Notes under the pieces: generated by a model
Seen by the model: only the letters and a program-made list of their open reading frames with translations
The model's database searches: none
What the model was told of the DNA's origin: nothing
Translations under genes and position numbers: made by a program
Part shown: positions 23,591 through 36,404 of the stretch, piece by piece
How the letters are laid out: each line of letters starts with the position of its first letter
How positions within the stretch are numbered: position 1 is the first letter of the stretch
Source of the DNA: Macrostomum hystrix
Lineage: Eukaryota > Animalia > Platyhelminthes
DNA: 64,000 nucleotides
NCBI GenBank assembly: GCA_950097015.1
Contig: CATNEN010000039.1
Location: forward strand, 10,106,001 to 10,170,000
Direction of reading: 5' to 3'

Positions 23591-26500
23591 ACATGAGACA
23601 CGGGAGAGATGAGACGGGAGAGATGAGACAGGGGAGAGATGAGACAGGGAGAGATGAGACCTCGTACATTGGTTTAATTATTTAAAAAAAAATTTGCATA
23701 TTAAATTGACGCCCGACGCTTTAAATGATGGTCACAGCAGCATGACTAAGTAGTAAATATCTGTGTTTTTATAGAAATCTGATTTTGTTCTCTGTAATGC
23801 AACAAAGCAATGAGGCAGCTGTGGCTAACTTTGGGCTTGCTATATTGATCTCGGTTTTACGTACTTTTTTCATAAGCCGAAATCATTGGCACAAAAGTTC
23901 ACTGCAAAGTCGGATCCGATGGCTTCACGTACCTGTGGGCGTTAGATTGTTATTTGAAAATTGATTATTATGTATCGTATGATCGGAAAATTGTTTCTCT
24001 TTTAATTTACATCACTTTTGTCCACTTGACGTTCGTCATTTTTTTGTTGGCTGGATTGCAAACTTCCAATAGATTTCATTCTATTCATATCTTTGGTAGT
24101 TGAAACAATGATGTTAATCGTTTTTTCTAATGGCGACTTGGCAGCACTGACATAAAGAGTGTGTCGACTATAATACGAGTATAAATATTTTTGTTTTCGT
24201 ACATCATTTGTTTCTCTGAATCCTTTGCGACTTTAAATGCTGTAGTGTATATTTGTATATATGTAAGAAAGGAGGTATTGTTGGTCACGTATTTTAATTT
24301 AAGCAGCTAGGAAATAGATGTGGAGCCTCGCCTTTAGGTATGTAAAAAAAGGTTCATATTGAGTAAAGTATAAAATATAAAGTTGTTATGCACAGTGATT
24401 CGGAGTTAACACATGTGACAGAAGGATTGGGTACACAGACCGTGTTTTGACCCAAATGTCAATCTCTATAATTTTGCACTCAACATGTTTTATCCCTCAT
24501 GTAATTAATTACCTTACACTACACTTTCAGGCAACTTACAACATTACTTTTATCGCCGGCCCTGAACAGAGCAAGGGTGGGGTGGGAAGGGAAGCGGCGG
24601 GAAGGGCAGGGATGGGAGTGGCAGTCAGAAGGGCAGCGGTGGGAAGGGCAGGGGTGGTGGGAAGGGCAGGGGCGGTGGGAAGGGCAGTGGTGGTCGGAAG
24701 GGCAGGGGTGGTCGGAAGGGCAGTGGCGATGGAAAACGGTGGGGTGGCAGGGATAGGTGGGGTTAGTGTATGCGGCGGCCGTGGAGGCGATGGCGGCGGC
24801 GGTGCCATCGACTGCCAAGGTGGCGGCGGCGATGGCCAAGGTGGCAGCAAGCTACCACTTAATCTTCTTAGATGGAAGTTTGATATAGTGTCATTTTGAT
24901 GTTGATTGATAGATAAGATGGATAGTTTGTTGATGGAACTTGATTGGGCTTTTTTAGTTTTAGTTTTTAGTAGGGTGAAAGAGATCAATTACTAATTCTC
25001 GTACAGTCATTTCGTTCTATTTCGCACGTTATGTTTTGCATCATTTTCATTTTCAGTTCGATGCTTTTGGTTTGGTAAGTATTATATATGAGCCAGTGAG
25101 AAGACAGAGACCTTCGATACATATAGGATACATTGTATTGGTTAAACTTTGAAGAACTTGCTGCATACTTTGATATGCATCACGGCTCACTCATCCCGTA
25201 ATAAGTCACCGACTTCATTACTAGCCTAGTAGTGAAAATAAACATAGAGGCGAACAATAGATGAAAGGTTTTAGATTGTAGTTAAAGTTTGCCTAAGGTG
25301 AAAATATTTGGCTAACGGCTATTAGTTTATTTGGCTAAAAGTCCTGATGCCCTTCCCACTATTATGCCGCCTAGCTAGAAGTAAAAGTCCCTTAGGAATA
25401 ACAATCAAAGCCGCTACGCGGGTTACTTAGCTGAATACCGATCGCGTGCTGCAGGCCTGTAGTTCTCGAGGGAGGGTAGGGCAAAATCAGCAAAGGCAGA
25501 GGAGGGGAAAGCTAGATGTGAGCTGGCAGGGGCCAACGCACTAGTGAGCGCAATGCGCAATTTGCAGAGCTCACCTAAAGAGGTGGCTTTTACTATTGGG
25601 GGCTTATAGGCAGGCAATGAGCCTGTGAGCGCTAAATGAGCTTAAAGCTCGAGGGTCTAAGCTCTAAGTGGGGGAGATAGGGCCGTCGGGGAAGACGGTC
25701 CTGGAAGGGTGAGTCAAGTCTCTGGGCGGAGGTCCTAGAGGGAGCAGCGCAGCGCGCTTGCTTAAATAGTCCTGCAGCACGCCAACCTCGACATTCATCA
25801 AAGCAACCCACATTCGCGCCAGCCTGTCAACGAGGGATCGGGGCGGCGATAGACCGCCCTGATCGCCCAATGAACCGGCGACGGGAAACGACAGGTGTTC
25901 TGCGCGAACAGCCGTCGGCAGTCGGCCAGCAATTGTTACTCCGCCGGGACAATGGGAAGCGCAGGCGCCGACCTGCCTACAGTGATATTACATGTATCTA
26001 AAAGGAGGAAGGTCATAAAGTCGAGCTGGGCTCGAATACTGTAAAGAAGTGGGGACATGAAGAATTAATGATCACTCATAATGCCCGAGTGATTCCCAAC
26101 ATCTGATCGCGGTTTGGAGGAGAATTATGACCTAGACTAGCTCATACAGTAGAGTTATGGCCGCGATCAGTCATTCCTACAAGGGTCTAGACAGATCCAG
26201 GGAGAGGGGATTCGGTGGCTACTCAATTCACCGCCGCCCCAAACCCGGCCCTAAGATTAATGATCTTGTTTTGCGGCCAGCTGCTATGTGGGTCGCGATT
26301 ATCACTGCCTAAAAAATGAATAATTCTGCTGGCTCACATTCCCACTCGATTCCCGTAGCACACTCCACATCATAAGATAGAAAGCTTCTAATAGTACAAC
26401 ACAAAAGTTCATCTCAGAAAAGTCATGCATGAAAAAAGCAAAGTAGAGCTGAGATTTGACATAGACAAAAGGCGGGCACGCCTGTGTCAGCCAGCGCTGC

Positions 26501-26722
26501 CATAGACCGAGCCGGCTCGGACCTGTATTTTCTGCAGCATATTGAAGGGGCAGCGGCCCGAAACGAAGAACCAAATCTAACAACTGACAACACTCGACTA
26601 AGCATTCTGGCCGATTCTACTCAGCCGTTGCAAACCTGATCAGCAATTCAACTGCCACCTGCCAGCTAATCGACCAAATCTAACTGGGCTATTCGGAATC
26701 GAAGCTGGCAATCAAGACGACT

Positions 26723-27541
26723 ATGAAGCTGGTTATTGTTTGCGTGTTTCTTGCACTTGGAGGCATTCAGCTGGCTGATTGTATTAAATGTATCGGTTCG
26801 AGAATTGGGAAGGCATCATATCATACGTACAAGGACGAATCTATGAAAGGTGTTGAAAGTCATTGTAAATCATGGATCACCAAGTGTTATGTGGATTATT
26901 ATCGTGGAGGTGAAACTCGTGAAGTGGTGAGCGACCGAATGAATTAAACTAATTTAATTAGCATTTCAATTCGAAATCATAAAGCAACAGTTTGCCCAAT
27001 AAATTTTGCCCTATGCGGAAACTTTTTTTAGCTACTGGACTATTTTAGCTATGGTTGCGGCGCCTGTCGCCGTGCAAAATATTGCAAAGACTGCATGGGT
27101 GATAACTGCAATAAAGCGAGTCACTGGATCAATGATCTAGAACGTGATCTGGTACCATGCCTTCACTACATATCAGTTTCTATAGAAGTGAGAGCTCCAG
27201 AGGAAACTTTTTGCTATCCATCAGAAAAGTGCCTTAAATTAATTAATAGAAAGCAACTATCTAAGACATTTCCAGCGAACACAACCATTATCAGCTGTTC
27301 AAATTTTCTAAAAGTATATAACTCTTACCCCTTACTTGAACGATACGAATGTAGACCCAACGCAGAAAAAACTGATTGTATCAAATTACATCACATTACG
27401 AATGCTTGGCATCCGAATTGGCTGTTAGTAGCTGTACTGCTGGGCTGCACGATGATGATCGCGATTCTGATTGCGCTGTTGATTAAGTTCTGGCTGAAAA
27501 AAAAAAAACGCGAAAAGTCTCCTCGCAATATCAAAAACTGA
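26723..27541 (+). CDS. Ly6/uPAR-like membrane protein, paralog B, 237 aa, exons 26723-26926 and 27032-27541
   Basis: Same signal peptide, ectodomain Cys pattern (CKDCMGDNCN), intron and TM as paralog A, with a longer tail. Confidence 0.8.
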
Positions 27542-27734
27542 CCGATTTCCTTTGCAAATCTCAAGCATGCCAGGCTTGTCATATTTTATGAAAATATATA
27601 TGTATGTATATCTCTGAATTCCGAATACTTTTTAACACTCCGTGCAAGCTGCAAAATGATCAGTTGAACCTGGCTTTGTCACATAGCTTGGGATTTGTCA
27701 CACATGTTGGGATTTGTCACATATGTTGGGATTT

Positions 27735-28540
27735 GTGAAACGGGTTGGGGATTTGTCTAACGGGTTAGGGATTTGTCTAACGGGTTGGGGATTTGTCTAA
27801 CGGGTTGGGGATTTGTCTAACGGGTTGGTGATTTGTCTAACTGGTTGGTGATTCGTCTAACGGGTTGGTAATTCGTCTAACGGATTGGTGATTTGTCTAA
27901 CGGGTTGGGGATTTGTCTAACGGGTTGGTGATTTGTCTAACTGGTTGGTGATTTGTCTAACGGGTTGGTGATTTGTCTAACTGGTTGGTGATTCGTCTAA
28001 CTGGTTGGTGATTTGTCTAACGGATTGGTGATTTGTCTAACGGGTTGGTGATTTGTCTAACGGGTTGGTGATTTGTCTAACTGGTTGGTGATTTGTCTAA
28101 CGGATTGGTGATTTGTCTAACGGGTTGGGGATTTGTCTAACGGATTGGTGATTTGTCTAACGGGTTGGTGATTTGTCTAACTGGTTGGTGATTTGTCGAA
28201 CGGGTTGGTGATTTGTCTAACTGGTTGGTGATTCGTCTAACTGGTTGGTGATTTGTCTAACGGATTGGTGATTTGTGTAACGGGTTGGTGATTTGTGTAA
28301 CGGATTGGTGATTTGTGTAACGGGTTGGTGATTTGTGTAACGGGTTGGTGATTTGTCTAACGGGTTGGGGATTTGTCTAACTGGTCGGTGATTTGTCTAA
28401 CGGGTTGGGGATTTGTCTAACGGGTTGGGGATTCGTCTAACTGGTTGGGGATTTGTGAAACGGGTTGGTGATTTGTCTAACTGGTTGGGGATTTGTCTAA
28501 CGGGTCGGTGATTTGTCTAACGGGTCGGTGATTTGTCTAA
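27735..28540. repeat. 20-bp minisatellite, second block
   Basis: Same unit as 13320-14705. Confidence 0.95.
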
Positions 28541-28939
28541 CAGACAGTTAGAAAACCCTAGCGCATTAGGAAAAGGCTAATTAATTAAATTAAACTAATT
28601 AATTTGAATAACCAAATCGACAGCATTATTGACCAGAACGCTTGTATTTTGTCTACATGTCAATCTTTTTTTGCAAATATGTCAGTTAGAACATGTAATT
28701 ATATTTAAAACTGTACACAATGGTTTATACTTTGAACTTAATTTCTTAAATTATCACTGTCAGTTTCTACCAAAACGAAAAGGAACCTGATGCAAATTTT
28801 AGAATTTGCAAGTAAGACTCGTTTTTTCTTTTACAACTTTTTATTTTTTTGTCAAACTTTACGACAATTGGCAAATGGACTTCAGAAAGTGGACTGAATC
28901 TTGGACCTTGCTTTCTGATCTGATCTCCCCTTTCATGTC

Positions 28940-29085
28940 TCTCCTCTCAAATCTCCTATCTCAGACCTACCCTCTCAGACCGCCCTTCTCAGAATCTCCC
29001 CTCTCAGATCTCCCCTCTCAGATCTCCCCTCTCAGATCTCCCCTCTCAAATCTCCCCTTTCATATCTCCCCTCTCAGATCTCCAC
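28940..29085. repeat. Short tandem repeat of about 15 bp (CCCCTCTCAGATCT)
   Basis: Degenerate tandem units. Confidence 0.75.
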
Positions 29086-29494
29086 TGACCCACATCAGAA
29101 AAATGCGGTAGTTCGGCAGTCGCATTTTTCCTATATTGCTTTTTTTATTCGACTGAAAAGCAATAAATATATTAGTCATGGAAGGAAATTGTTTTTTTCA
29201 TCTACAAAATAATAGTGGAAATGCAGGGCTTTCTCAGCAGACATTTAATTCGATACATAACGATAATAATAAATAACTAAACGAATGAAAACTTAGTATA
29301 TAATTGAATGCAACATATCGGTAAAGTATTTCGGAAAGCAGTTAGAATGGCGTGCTGATGTTTTTCACGTTGCTTTTTATTACTCAGAACTCTTAACAAA
29401 CAGGAGGTGTACCGTTTTTCTACACAAAATGTGGAATTAAAGAATTTCAGCGGTTTACTGAAAAGAAGACTTAAGTCTTTGTCCAAATTTCGCA

Positions 29495-30018
29495 GCTTCA
29501 TGTAGTACAGCTGTGACCTGAGTCACTGAAGGATCATGGAGTACAGCTGTGACCTGAGTCACTGAAGAATCATGTTGTACAGCTGTGACCTGCTGAAGAA
29601 TCATGTAGTACAGCTGTGACCTGAGTCGCTGAAGGATCATGGAGTACAGCTGTTACCTGAGTCACTGAAGGATCATGAAGTACAGCTGTGACCTGAGTCA
29701 CTGAAGGATCATGAAGTACAGCTGTGACCTGAATCACTGAAGGATCATGGAGTACAGCTGTGACCTGAGTCACTGAAGGATCATGGAGTACAGCTGTGAC
29801 CTGAGTCACTGAAGGATCATGGAGTACAGCTGTGACCTGAGTCACTGAAGGATCATGTAGTACAGCTGTGACCTGAGTCGCTGAAGGATCATGGAGTACA
29901 GCTGTGACCTGAGTCGCTGAAGGATCATGGAGTACAGCTGTGACCTGAATCACTGAAGGATCATGAAGTACAGCTGTGACCTGAGTCACTGAAGGATCAT
30001 GAAGTACAGCTGTGACCT
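29495..30018. repeat. 36-bp minisatellite (GGAGTACAGCTGTGACCTGAGTCACTGAAGGATCAT)
   Basis: Tandem units with the internal palindromes ACAGCTGT and GTGAC..GTCAC. Confidence 0.93.
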
Positions 30019-31576
30019 TTGGTTAACGACTCGAACTTTTCAGCAGCAATACGCTGGCGAACTGTCGTTTTTCGGAATTCTTTTTTATTTAAATTAATTT
30101 TGTTTTCTAATTTTTTTATTATAAGATTGAAGCTTCTGTTTCGTGCTAATCTTGTCTTATAAAATTGGATTTAAAGCGCAAAGGATATTTATTCAACTTA
30201 AAATACGAGTAGTTCTCGTTACTGTGGTTGTAGTGATTTTCATATTCATTAGGCCCCCTATACAGCATGTTCTTAGACCTCAATCTCATACTCCACCCTT
30301 TAAGCATTCTTATATAATTTTTTGAGCAATCAATTTTTCAGACAGGCCCTATAATATTGAGAAAAATTCCTATTGGCGGCTTTTAAGCCTGATCCACGTG
30401 TACCTATTTAAACTTGTATTCTTTCAGCTTGTTTCTAAAATGTATACCATGTCATTTGATGTTAAATATGCGTCTCTTTAAGTAGACCAATATAATGTGA
30501 TTTTTCACAAAGGCCGAATTTGTTTAACTATTTGTTTTAGTCTATTTAAAATGTTTTGTAGACTAGAATTTTTAAATAGCTTATTTATAGGAAAGACTAT
30601 ATTTAGGAAAGAATTTCTACACTTGGTCTCTACTCTCTGCATTGATAACCTTCACTGTGCCTGATCCTGGACACAAAATGATTATATAGCGTTGTTTACT
30701 AGATTCAAAATGTTTTGCTTGTGGTAAATACATATCAAGGTTGTTTAAAAGTCTGTGAACTTTATAGGATGGGCCTAGTGGCTAGCAGTACATTGTCATT
30801 AGGCCTGAAAAACTACGAAGTGCAACACAAAAACTGAGCACCGTATTTACTTTAAGCCTCGGTGTTTAACTACCCCATATATAAAACTTTAGCTAGTTTT
30901 ACTAAACATTTTTTGCTAAGTGGCAAGGGCTTTTTTAATTAGCCTAGGTCTATTTGAATTATTGGTTAGGCCCCCTAGGCCTATAATATAATTGGCTATG
31001 GCAATTTCTCGATTTATCTATAGGTTAATTAGGTCTTTTAAATTCTTAAACATTATGGCGTAGTATTATATTGCTTCATTTCATGTTGATGTAATGTGAA
31101 ATATCTTAATGGTGGCTAGGCCCCTATTTATAGATCATTGTTGTACAAAATTAAATAAATCCCTGTTGCATATAGCACAGAACAGCACAGTACATATATG
31201 TATAGCATTATAGGGCCTAACACAAACTTTTGATTGCCTATAGCCCTATAGCAATTTAGTTTTTTAAGGTCAAGCCATTCAGGTTTATACCTACCTATTT
31301 AATTTTTTAAGTCAAGCAAAAATTAGCATAAAAGGTAATTATAATAAGAACTTATCTAGTCAATTGGAGAGCTCAATACTCTTAATCCAAATTCTTCAGT
31401 CTATCACAATTCTTGCTTTTTACTATAAATAAAATCATGTTATGAACAAATCCATTTTCTCCTTATTTTACAATTTAAGAATGTATATTTCTGTAATTTT
31501 TCAGAGATAAAGCTAGGCTTGACATAAATCAGCAATCAGTTTGAGAAATCCAAAGAAAAACACTAAATACAGCCAA

Positions 31577-33723
31577 ATGGACACAGATGACGAGCAATTC
31601 TCTTGCAACCTCAGCGACCTGATTACACGGCTAGATGCACCGCCAATTTTGTACACACCTAAGCCACCAAAGCTGCTGCTAGATCGCTATCTGATTGGCA
31701 ACCAGTTAGGCCAGGGCTCTTATGGAAAGGTGAAGCTGTGCATTGACACCCAATCAAAAAAGCGCCTAGCGGTGAAGATTGTGACACTGCGTTTGGTGCG
31801 CAAAATTTCACATGGAGCCGAAAATGTCGACCAAGAGGCTGCCGCCCTGCGCAGGCTTGTGCACGACAATGTCACCCGCCTCTACGCTGATTTCCTGTCT
31901 GCTGATGGCGGCAAACGCTACCTGGTGATGGAATGGGCCGTCTGTAGTATTCATGACCTGCAGACTAAAGGTGCGATAGTCGGTGGGTGAGCGGTAGTGA
32001 TTAAAGCAACAGCTAAATTCTAAGGCGGGGCCACATATATTTTGGTTTGGGAGCTTGTCGTGCACTTTAACGCCTTTGCCTCTCGCACCAAAGGTCCCTG
32101 AGCTCGACTCCGCGGCGAGGCCAGATTAGCTAATTTGGGGTGCAGCCACGGAGAGAGGCTTGTGGCTTGTGCAAGGTCCAATAATTGTGCTCCTAGGCAC
32201 AGTGAAAGTTTGCACTGCCTGACGTTGCAAAAGTCTGGGTATATGTACATACCTGTGTGAGCGTATGCCTGCATACGGTATCTGTGTGTGCTCAGCTGAA
32301 TGGGCAGAATAGTTATCAAATGCTGTACCAGTGCCCATAGCCCACTTGCTTATATTACCAATATTATTATTAAAGGTGTGGAGTCTCAGCAGCAGACCTG
32401 CCGATACCTCCCAGAGTCGCAGGCTCGCCACTATTTCTCGCAGGTGTTATGCGGAGTTGAGTACCTGCACTCTATGCGCCTAGTGCACAAAGACTTGAAG
32501 CCGGGAAATCTGCTTCTAACACCAAAGCAGCAGGTGAAAATTGCCGACTTTGGAGTCTGCGAATGGCTGCCGGAACAGGCCGTCGGTGCAGCAGATGACA
32601 CTGATGACGATTTTATTACCGGCAGTCAAGCTACACCTGCCATACAACCACCTGAGGTTAGACTAGAGAATTTTCTGGTCTCTTATAATTAGTAAACTTT
32701 TTATCCTCACTTTATTAACTGCGGGGTCAGTAAGTCAGTTGTTATCCCCACTTCCTGATCCCCTCAGTAGAGAGTCTGCTGTTATCCACTTCCTGACCGC
32801 CTCAGTAGGGAGTCTGCTGTTATTCCCACTTCCTGATCCCTCAGTCAGTAAGTCAGCTGTTATCCCCACTTCCTGATCCCCTCAGTAGAGAGTCTGCTGT
32901 TATCCCCACTTCCTGATCCCCTCAGTAGAGAGTCTGCTGTTATCCCCACTTCCTGATCCCCTCAGTAGAGAGTCTGCTGTTATCCCCACTTCCTGATTCC
33001 CTCAGTCAGTAAGTCAGCTGTTATCCCCACTTCCTGATCCCCTCAGTAGAGAGTCTGCTGTTATCCCCACTTCCTGATCCCCTCAGTCAGGGAGTCAGCT
33101 GTTATGCCCACTTCCTGATCCCCTCAGTCAGGGAGTCTGCTGTTATCCCAACTGCCAGATCCCCTCAGTCAGGGTGTCTGCTGTTATTTATTGTGTGGGA
33201 TAAGTGAGCAGACTCACAATGTTCCCCTTCCTGCCAGGTGGCCAGCGGCTGCCGCAGGTTCTCTGGCCGCAAGCTAGACATGTACTGCTGCGGTGTGAGC
33301 CTGTACTTTATGGTGTGCGGCCGCGTACCGTACACTGGCCGCAGCGTCCTTCAAATCTACGAGGCCATCACGGCCGGCAAGTTCACAGTAGCCGACTGGG
33401 TCAGCCAGCCGTGCAGGCAATTGATTGTCGACCTGATGTCGCCCAGAAGCGAAGCTCGACCATCTGTTTCGGCGGCACGTCGATACGACTGGCTTGTAGC
33501 GGCTGCTTCAAGGAATGACGATGTCACAGACGGCAGCTGGTTAAGCCTGAACGACCTATTTCAAGTTGAATCGGAAGCCGATGCAGTTGATGGTTTAATT
33601 GGCGATTATCGACGACTGTCCGTGGACTCCGCGAACGCGTTGCCGGTTTCGGACATCCGGCTAGTTCGTGCACCGCAGGCCAAATCCGCTGGCAAGCATA
33701 GGCGCAGATGCGCCCTGTCTTGA
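31577..33723 (+). CDS. STK11: Serine/threonine kinase LKB1/STK11/PAR-4 homolog, about 386 aa, exons 31577-31970, 32376-32656, 33238-33723
   Basis: GQGSYGKVK, RLAVKI, HGAENVDQE, HKDLKPGNLLL, QPPEVASG, FSGRKLD and a C-terminal CAAX (RRRCALS), as expected for LKB1. Phases 1 and 0 are consistent. The exact intron-1 boundaries have an alternative (see findings). Confidence 0.85.
31985..32372 (+). mobile_element. SINE (degenerate head plus full copy with (ATT)n tail) filling LKB1 intron 1
   Basis: TTTGCCTCTCGCACCAAAGGTCCCTGAGCTCGACTCC...GGCACAGTGAAA...TATCTGTGTGTGCTCAG...ATTATTATT aligns by eye to the copy at 45249. Confidence 0.82.
32725..33187. repeat. Minisatellite of about 40 bp in LKB1 intron 2
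   Basis: (GTTATCCCCACTTCCTGATCCCCTCAGTAGAGAGTCTGCT)n. Confidence 0.92.
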
Positions 33724-34371
33724 TTGGTTGACAGTAGTTTTAAGGCAGCTTTTCCTGCAGCCAATCAAATCGTGCCTAGAACAGATAAGAAAGAAATTGC
33801 ATCGCGCATGCATTTCTAATTGTGTGCATTGAAATAATTGAATATACTTATTTTAGCTTCGCAGTATTATACAGCATTCGTGGTGCCAGCATGAGATTTA
33901 TTATTAATTATTCTTGTCCTACATCTTACAAGTTGTAAACTAATTTCACTCGAGATTTTGTTTTACCTATCTATGCTGCTACAAGTAGCATCGTTCGACT
34001 GTTTCCTTTGCATTTCTATGATTCTGTCTTGTGCTGCCGTATCACGGTATTTTATCATCTATTCTGATTGGTCCTGCACTTTTCACACCCGTTTTGTTAG
34101 ATAGTGTATTGAACTTTTTCGATTCGTTTTCAAGAAAGTTGTTGCCAAAACTACGAATTTTATATTGCTTGTTATACTACTTAGCGTAGTAGCTCTCGTG
34201 TTATTGTTACCTGCTAGCTGTGTGTAAAACTGCCTGAAAAACTGTTTAATCAATGCTTACCTGTTGTATAGTCTGAATAATATTAGCAGAATTATTTTAA
34301 CGAAATAATTCTACACTCGACAATTGGATTCTAGATAATTTTCTCCTGCAGTCACTTAAAAAATACTTTCT

Positions 34372-35860
34372 TCACAGTTGGGTGAACAACTTTGGGGATA
34401 GCTACACTGTTGGGGTAACAACTTTGGGGATAGCTACACTGTTGGGTGAACAACTTTGGGGATAGCTACACTGTTGGGGTAACAACTTTGGGGATAGCTA
34501 CACTGTTGGGGTAACAACTTTGGGGATAGCTACACTGTTGGGGTAACAACTTTGGGGATAGCTACACTGTTGGGTGAACAACTTTGGGGATAGCTACACT
34601 GTTGGGGTAACAACTTTGGGGATAGCTACACAGTTGGGTGAACAACTTTGGGGATAGCTTCACTGTTGGGGTAACAACTTTGGGGATAGCTACACTGTTG
34701 GGTGAATAACTTTGGGGATAGCTACACAGTTGGGTGAACAACTTTGGGGATAGCTACACTGTTGGGGTAACAACTTTGGGGATAGCTACACTGTTGGGTG
34801 AATAACTTTGGGGATAACTACACAGTTGGGTGAACAACTTTGAGGATAGCTACACAGTTGGGTGAACAACTTTGGGGATAGCTACACAGTTGGGTGAACA
34901 ACTTTGGAGATAGCTACACTGTTGGGGTAACAACTTTGGGGATAGCTACACTGTTGGGTGAACAACTTTGGGGATAGCTACACTGTTGGGGTAACAACTT
35001 TGGGGATAGCTACACAGTTGGGTGAACAACTTTGGGGATAGCTACACAGTTGGGTGAATAACTTTGGGGATAGCTACACTGTTGGGGTAACAACTTTGGG
35101 GATAGCTACACAGTTGGGTGAACAACTTTGGGGATAGCTACACAGTTGGGTGAACAACTTTGGGGATAGCTACACTGTTGGGGTAACAACTTTGGGGATA
35201 GCTACACAGTTGGGTGAACAACTTTGGGGATAGCTTCACTGTTGGGGTAACAACTTTGGGGATAGCTACACAGTTGGGTGAACAACTTTGGGGATAGCTA
35301 CACAGTTGGGTGAACAACTTTGGGGATAGCTACACTGTTGGGGTAACAACTTTGGGGATAGCTACACAGTTGGGTGAACAAGTTTGGGGATAGCTACACA
35401 GTTGGGTGAACAACTTTGGGGATAGCTACACTGTTGGGGTAACAACTTTGGGGATAGCTACACAGTTGGGTGAACAACTTTGGGGATAGCTTCACTGTTG
35501 GGGTAACAACTTTGGGGATAGCTACACAGTTGGGTGAACAACTTTGGGGATAGCTTCACTGTTGGGGTAACAACTTTGGGGATAGCTACACAGTTGGGTG
35601 AACAACTTTGGGGATAGCTTCACTGTTGGGTGAACAACTTTGGGGATAGCTACACAGTTGGGTGAACAACTTTGGGGATAGCTACACTGTTGGGTGAACA
35701 ACTTTGGGGATAGCTTCACTGTTGGGTGAACAACTTTGGGGATAGCTACACAGTTGGGTGAACAACTTTGGGGATAGCTACACAGTTGGGTGAAAAACTT
35801 TGGAGATAGCTACACTGTTGGGTGAACAACTTTGGGGATAGCTACACAGTTGGGTGAACA
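34372..35860. repeat. 32-bp minisatellite (GGGTGAACAACTTTGGGGATAGCTACACAGTT)
   Basis: Tandem units. Confidence 0.95.
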
Positions 35861-36404
35861 AGATCCAAGACATTCCGGTATTTATGTAAATCTCGTGCAT
35901 GCACACTTACGTGTGTGTATGTTCAAGTTTATTTTCACGATAATACACTTGTAGATTCTTACAAAACATCGAGTCTAAACAATAAGGAGCCTTAACAATA
36001 GCACTACCAAGGCACTTTGCCGCCCGTTTTTATACCAAGGGGTTTTTTGGCAGCGCTTGAATGCCAACAGCATTGGGTGGTGACTGATTGGTTGACAGAC
36101 TGTACGATGGTGTACTGTGGTCGAGCTGCGCCTAATATTTAGGCTTGATCAGTGAAACTTGAGAAATTGGCGTCAGGGTGTCCATAGTGGCCTATTTCCA
36201 CCTGTTGTAGCTCTTGAAGGTCCAGCAAATCCGTCTAGATAAAGTTAGGTGGCCCCCAAAGACGGAGATGATGCAGGCACATTCGGGTGACAGCTGATAA
36301 ATTTTGAAGGCCTGGCAAGGCCGCACTGAGGCGCAGTGCTAATTCGTGTATAGGTGTGTATGAAATGCACTAGCGCTTATGGGAAAAAACATCAGGCAGA
36401 GCTA

